From Phycisphaeraceae bacterium (GTDB lineage: Bacteria > Planctomycetota > Phycisphaerae > Phycisphaerales > Phycisphaeraceae), in contig OY771506.1 of the NCBI GenBank assembly GCA_963674705.1, positions 2,592,001 to 2,656,000 of the forward strand: DNA of 64,000 nucleotides, written 5' to 3'. The position numbers and the translations under genes are program-made. Positions within the stretch are counted from its first letter, which is position 1; every line of letters starts with the position of its first letter. Of this stretch, positions 60,948 to 64,000 are shown piece by piece. The notes beneath the pieces are model-generated. The model worked only from the letters and a program-made list of their open reading frames with translations, made no database searches and had not been told where the DNA came from.

Positions 60948-62711
60948 TTATGGTTCGATCGTTGCGATGAACAGGCCCATGGTGCCGTCCGTGAAGGATA
61001 GCCGCATCAGCAAATCGCCGCGGTCATTAAAGCCGATCGGTTGGCCGTCTTCGCCACAGCCGCCGGGATACAAGTCGACTTTTGCCACGGTACGAAGATC
61101 CTCTACCTCCGGATCGTTATTCACATCGATCGAATCCCATTGACGGATGACCGGCGACCATGTTCCCTCTGCCGACCTGAACCAGACACCTCTGTCCGTG
61201 TCTAGCCACGTGTCTGGATCGTGTAGTTCGCACTGAATGACAAACTGATCGTTGTGGTTCATATACGCCAGAAGCGAATTCATCGAGTATGTCTTCGCTT
61301 GTTCGAGAGATTGTTTGTCAGTATCGAGCAAGATCGGCTCAAGTACGTTCGAGCCGGCTTCCAATCGCCAGATGCCGGGCAGGTACTTCTTACTTTGTGA
61401 CGCCGGGTCATGCATGGTTCCGACGATCACGATCCGTCCTTGGCTGTCAGACAATAGCTGGGTGCAAAACGACATCGAAAGTACTTGTTCGTCAGGCTCT
61501 TGGCCCAAGGTGAAGCGGTCGAACTGCTGTAGTGTCTCCCCGTTCCAATACCAGAGGATAAAATCCGGCGGATCGTTGTCCGGCTTAGTTACAAATGCCA
61601 GGTTGCCTTGGTTATCAATCGAAGTGCGACCTGGAACGGGCCTGATGAAGTAATCGTCAGGCATGCCGGGCACTATCTTCAGCGATTCACCATCCCATAC
61701 CCACATGCCTCTTCGATAGTCTTTATATTCCTGCGATTTGGCACCGGCCATTGCCTGAAACAGAACCTGCCCGGAACGTGTGATCATGGGAGCAACTTCA
61801 AATCCACGGAACTCGACTCCCTCGTCCATGCCCGGCGCCGGGCCACCGGTGCGAGCCAGCAACTTGACCTTGCCGTCCTTGATAAGCCAAATACCATCTA
61901 AGACTTCGCCCGAAGATATATCTTTAAAGCCGGCTTTACATGCGATCTGCCCTGAACGATTTATACTTAATGAATTGAATGCAACATCGGTATCACCGAG
62001 TATATTCCCCGGCCTTGAGTGAACACCCACAAACGACAAGTCCTTATAGCCCGGCACTGGCGCCCCCGACATACTGAGCATTGTCAGCCTGTCCCCGTCA
62101 ACCTGCCAGATCACATAGCCTTGGTATTCCTGTCCGGTATAACGATCCCTGTCTACAAAGCCCCCATATCCCGACACGTTAAGGCTCGCCGCATCGCTTT
62201 TGGGCTTCATCTTGCTCAACCCGCCCAAGAACATGACCTGTCCATCATCGGTCAGGTGCGGGACGCCGAAGCCTGCGCAATAACTCGAGAAGCGAAACTC
62301 GTCGGCGTAGCCTGCCGGTGTATGCCCGTTGAAAGCAATCAGACGGATACCTTGCTGCGGGTCCCAAAGCCAGATGCCATCATCGTCGATCGTAGCATTA
62401 TCGCTTTGTTGCCCCCATGCACTGCATAAAAACGCGCACTGTCCTTGGGCATTGAGCACAGCAAAGACATCCAGGTCGACACGCCCGTCGATTCCGCCGA
62501 ATCCGCCGCCGTATCCGCCGTGGCCGTATCCGCCGAACGGGCCATGCCCACCATATATCCACGTAGGATCGCCAAACACCCAGCCCTCCGGCGCCCCGGG
62601 GACCGGATCACTGAGCATGATGATTCTTCGGAAACGTACCTCTGCGTGTGAGAAAGTCGTAATGCCTAAGAGACAGATCACCGCAGCCAGCAAACCGTAC
62701 GATCGAAACAT
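60948..62711 (-). CDS. Secreted protein with NxxGxxAF-type tandem repeats
   Basis: LNAQGQCAF, INRSGQIA, DNQGNLAF and FNDRGD...L.F.DGT.G.F repeats, signal peptide. Confidence 0.8.
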   Translation of the reverse strand: MFRSYGLLAAVICLLGITTFSHAEVRFRRIIMLSDPVPGAPEGWVFGDPTWIYGGHGPFGGYGHGGYGGGFGGIDGRVDLDVFAVLNAQGQCAFLCSAWGQQSDNATIDDDGIWLWDPQQGIRLIAFNGHTPAGYADEFRFSSYCAGFGVPHLTDDGQVMFLGGLSKMKPKSDAASLNVSGYGGFVDRDRYTGQEYQGYVIWQVDGDRLTMLSMSGAPVPGYKDLSFVGVHSRPGNILGDTDVAFNSLSINRSGQIACKAGFKDISSGEVLDGIWLIKDGKVKLLARTGGPAPGMDEGVEFRGFEVAPMITRSGQVLFQAMAGAKSQEYKDYRRGMWVWDGESLKIVPGMPDDYFIRPVPGRTSIDNQGNLAFVTKPDNDPPDFILWYWNGETLQQFDRFTLGQEPDEQVLSMSFCTQLLSDSQGRIVIVGTMHDPASQSKKYLPGIWRLEAGSNVLEPILLDTDKQSLEQAKTYSMNSLLAYMNHNDQFVIQCELHDPDTWLDTDRGVWFRSAEGTWSPVIRQWDSIDVNNDPEVEDLRTVAKVDLYPGGCGEDGQPIGFNDRGDLLMRLSFTDGTMGLFIATIEP

Positions 62712-62997
62712 ATTGGCCCCCACGTCATTGTGTGCATACCCGGATTGATATTCCTTATTAGAGTGCAGATGCACAACAATTACAAGACATTTATGCTTCG
62801 GTGGAGTTGTTTTTTCCCTCGCGCCTCGACAGGGGCAGCGCAAAATCACTTACGGCCACCGTTGCGGCGGAGTCGGGCGACTCGCGCCGAGCGCAGCCAT
62901 ACAAATAGGTTTTGTTTACAGGGTTCCGTACGGATTAATTGCGCGTGCGGATCTTATTGAATGCGTTGCTGAGGCGCATTACCTACATGCATACGTG

Positions 62998-63201
62998 TTA
63001 AGAAAGACGTTTCCCGGCAGACCACCCGCATATCACAGCGCGGATGATTCCCCAACCGACGAACGCCGGGATCACTCCCAGAATGGGCGGCAGTGAGAAG
63101 TTTGCGTTGCAGCCGAAAAACAATCCCAGCCCGCCCAGTATGACAAACACAATAGCTAGGGCGAATGCGAGAACCGCACAGAACTTGTCGAATAGATTCA
63201 C
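62998..63201 (-). CDS. Small two-TM membrane protein
   Basis: 67 aa, two hydrophobic helices, GGAGG RBS before a GTG start. Confidence 0.7.
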   Translation of the reverse strand: MNLFDKFCAVLAFALAIVFVILGGLGLFFGCNANFSLPPILGVIPAFVGWGIIRAVICGWSAGKRLS

Positions 63202-63487
63202 TCTTTAAGCCTCCACTTGCCTGATGAATCACGGCACGGACGCCGGTCGGCCATAGCAGCAGGCTCCCAACCGGAACTGCTATTGTATGTTGTGAGTTTT
63301 GCGGATCAAACGCATCTGACTGAACCCGCGCCGAGCACAGCGTGCCAGTGGATTTCTACATATCCAGCAGCAAACAAGATAAAAAACTCTTGAAAATTTG
63401 GGTTTGTCGAGTTACATTCATAATCGACAAACACGGTGCCATATCCGGCACAGGAGCATGTGGCAAAAGAGGGATGGAGGGAAGACC

Positions 63488-64000
63488 ATGCGAAAATCTA
63501 TGATCCTGGCTGTCATGCTGACTGTGGTCAGTTTCTGGGCGGCTGCCGTCAGTGCATCGACGATCACCATCTACACAGATAAAACGCTTTGGGAAAACGC
63601 TCTGGCGGGGCTGGTGTTAACGGAGGACTTCACTGACGATGTACTCAACGATGGCGTCAGTTTCGTGTCCAGCGAATCCGGCCACATCAATACCGCGCTG
63701 GGTTACTATCACGATGTTTTAATGTCGACCAGCCAGAATGAACCGATGGTCACGTGGAGCTTTACGCCACAGATCGTCGCGTTTGGCGGGAACTGGACAT
63801 TGGCGGGCCCGGGCGGTTCGGGCAACAACCTGCAGGTTACTATCGTCGATGGTTCTGAGTATGTGGGATCCATCATCAGCAGTTACTACGGCGAGTTCTG
63901 GGGTTTCATCTCGGACACCCCGTTCACCTCGGTTCAGTGTGTCGGCGGACTGGGCACCCATCAGCAGAACTACAGTCTGGACGACATGGTCTATTCACCG
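63488..64000 (+). CDS. Secreted protein (probably PEP-CTERM type), truncated by window end
   Basis: GGAGGG RBS, MRKSMILAVMLTVVSFWAAAVSA signal peptide, frame open to the edge. Absent from the ORF track. Confidence 0.75.
   Translation, partial: MRKSMILAVMLTVVSFWAAAVSASTITIYTDKTLWENALAGLVLTEDFTDDVLNDGVSFVSSESGHINTALGYYHDVLMSTSQNEPMVTWSFTPQIVAFGGNWTLAGPGGSGNNLQVTIVDGSEYVGSIISSYYGEFWGFISDTPFTSVQCVGGLGTHQQNYSLDDMVYSP

Overview
GC-rich bacterial DNA, most likely a Planctomycete of class Phycisphaerae. This rests on the stand-alone 16S rRNA gene, the PEP-CTERM proteins with paired dockerin-like EF-hand repeats and the sulfatase, and is inference rather than a database hit. From start to end the window holds: a GT2 gene; a tightly coupled 9-gene minus-strand operon just downstream of tRNA-Gly(CCC), with two SBP-OmpA fusions, a secreted vWA protein, a membrane coiled-coil protein, a PspA/IM30-like protein, an NMT1/TauABC-type ABC transporter and an AAA+ ATPase; trkA plus two trkH paralogues; two YbjQ genes with PrsW; an orphan nuoI; amn; FIST; hpf; a sulfatase; an intact IS3; three short HUH (RAYT/IS200-like) tyrosine transposases, each next to its own palindromic REP/REPIN family; a KAP NTPase; an unlinked 16S rRNA with tandem promoters; a large GH128-like multimodular glycosidase; and several PEP-CTERM and other secreted proteins. 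Intergenic DNA is unusually rich in modular repeats (heptamer tandems, nested inverted repeats). The best candidates for an undescribed system are the PspA-AAA-vWA-SBP/OmpA-ABC envelope operon and the mini-RAYT/REPIN set with its shared NNAGCC-hairpin grammar. All family assignments come from reading motifs by eye. No searches were run.
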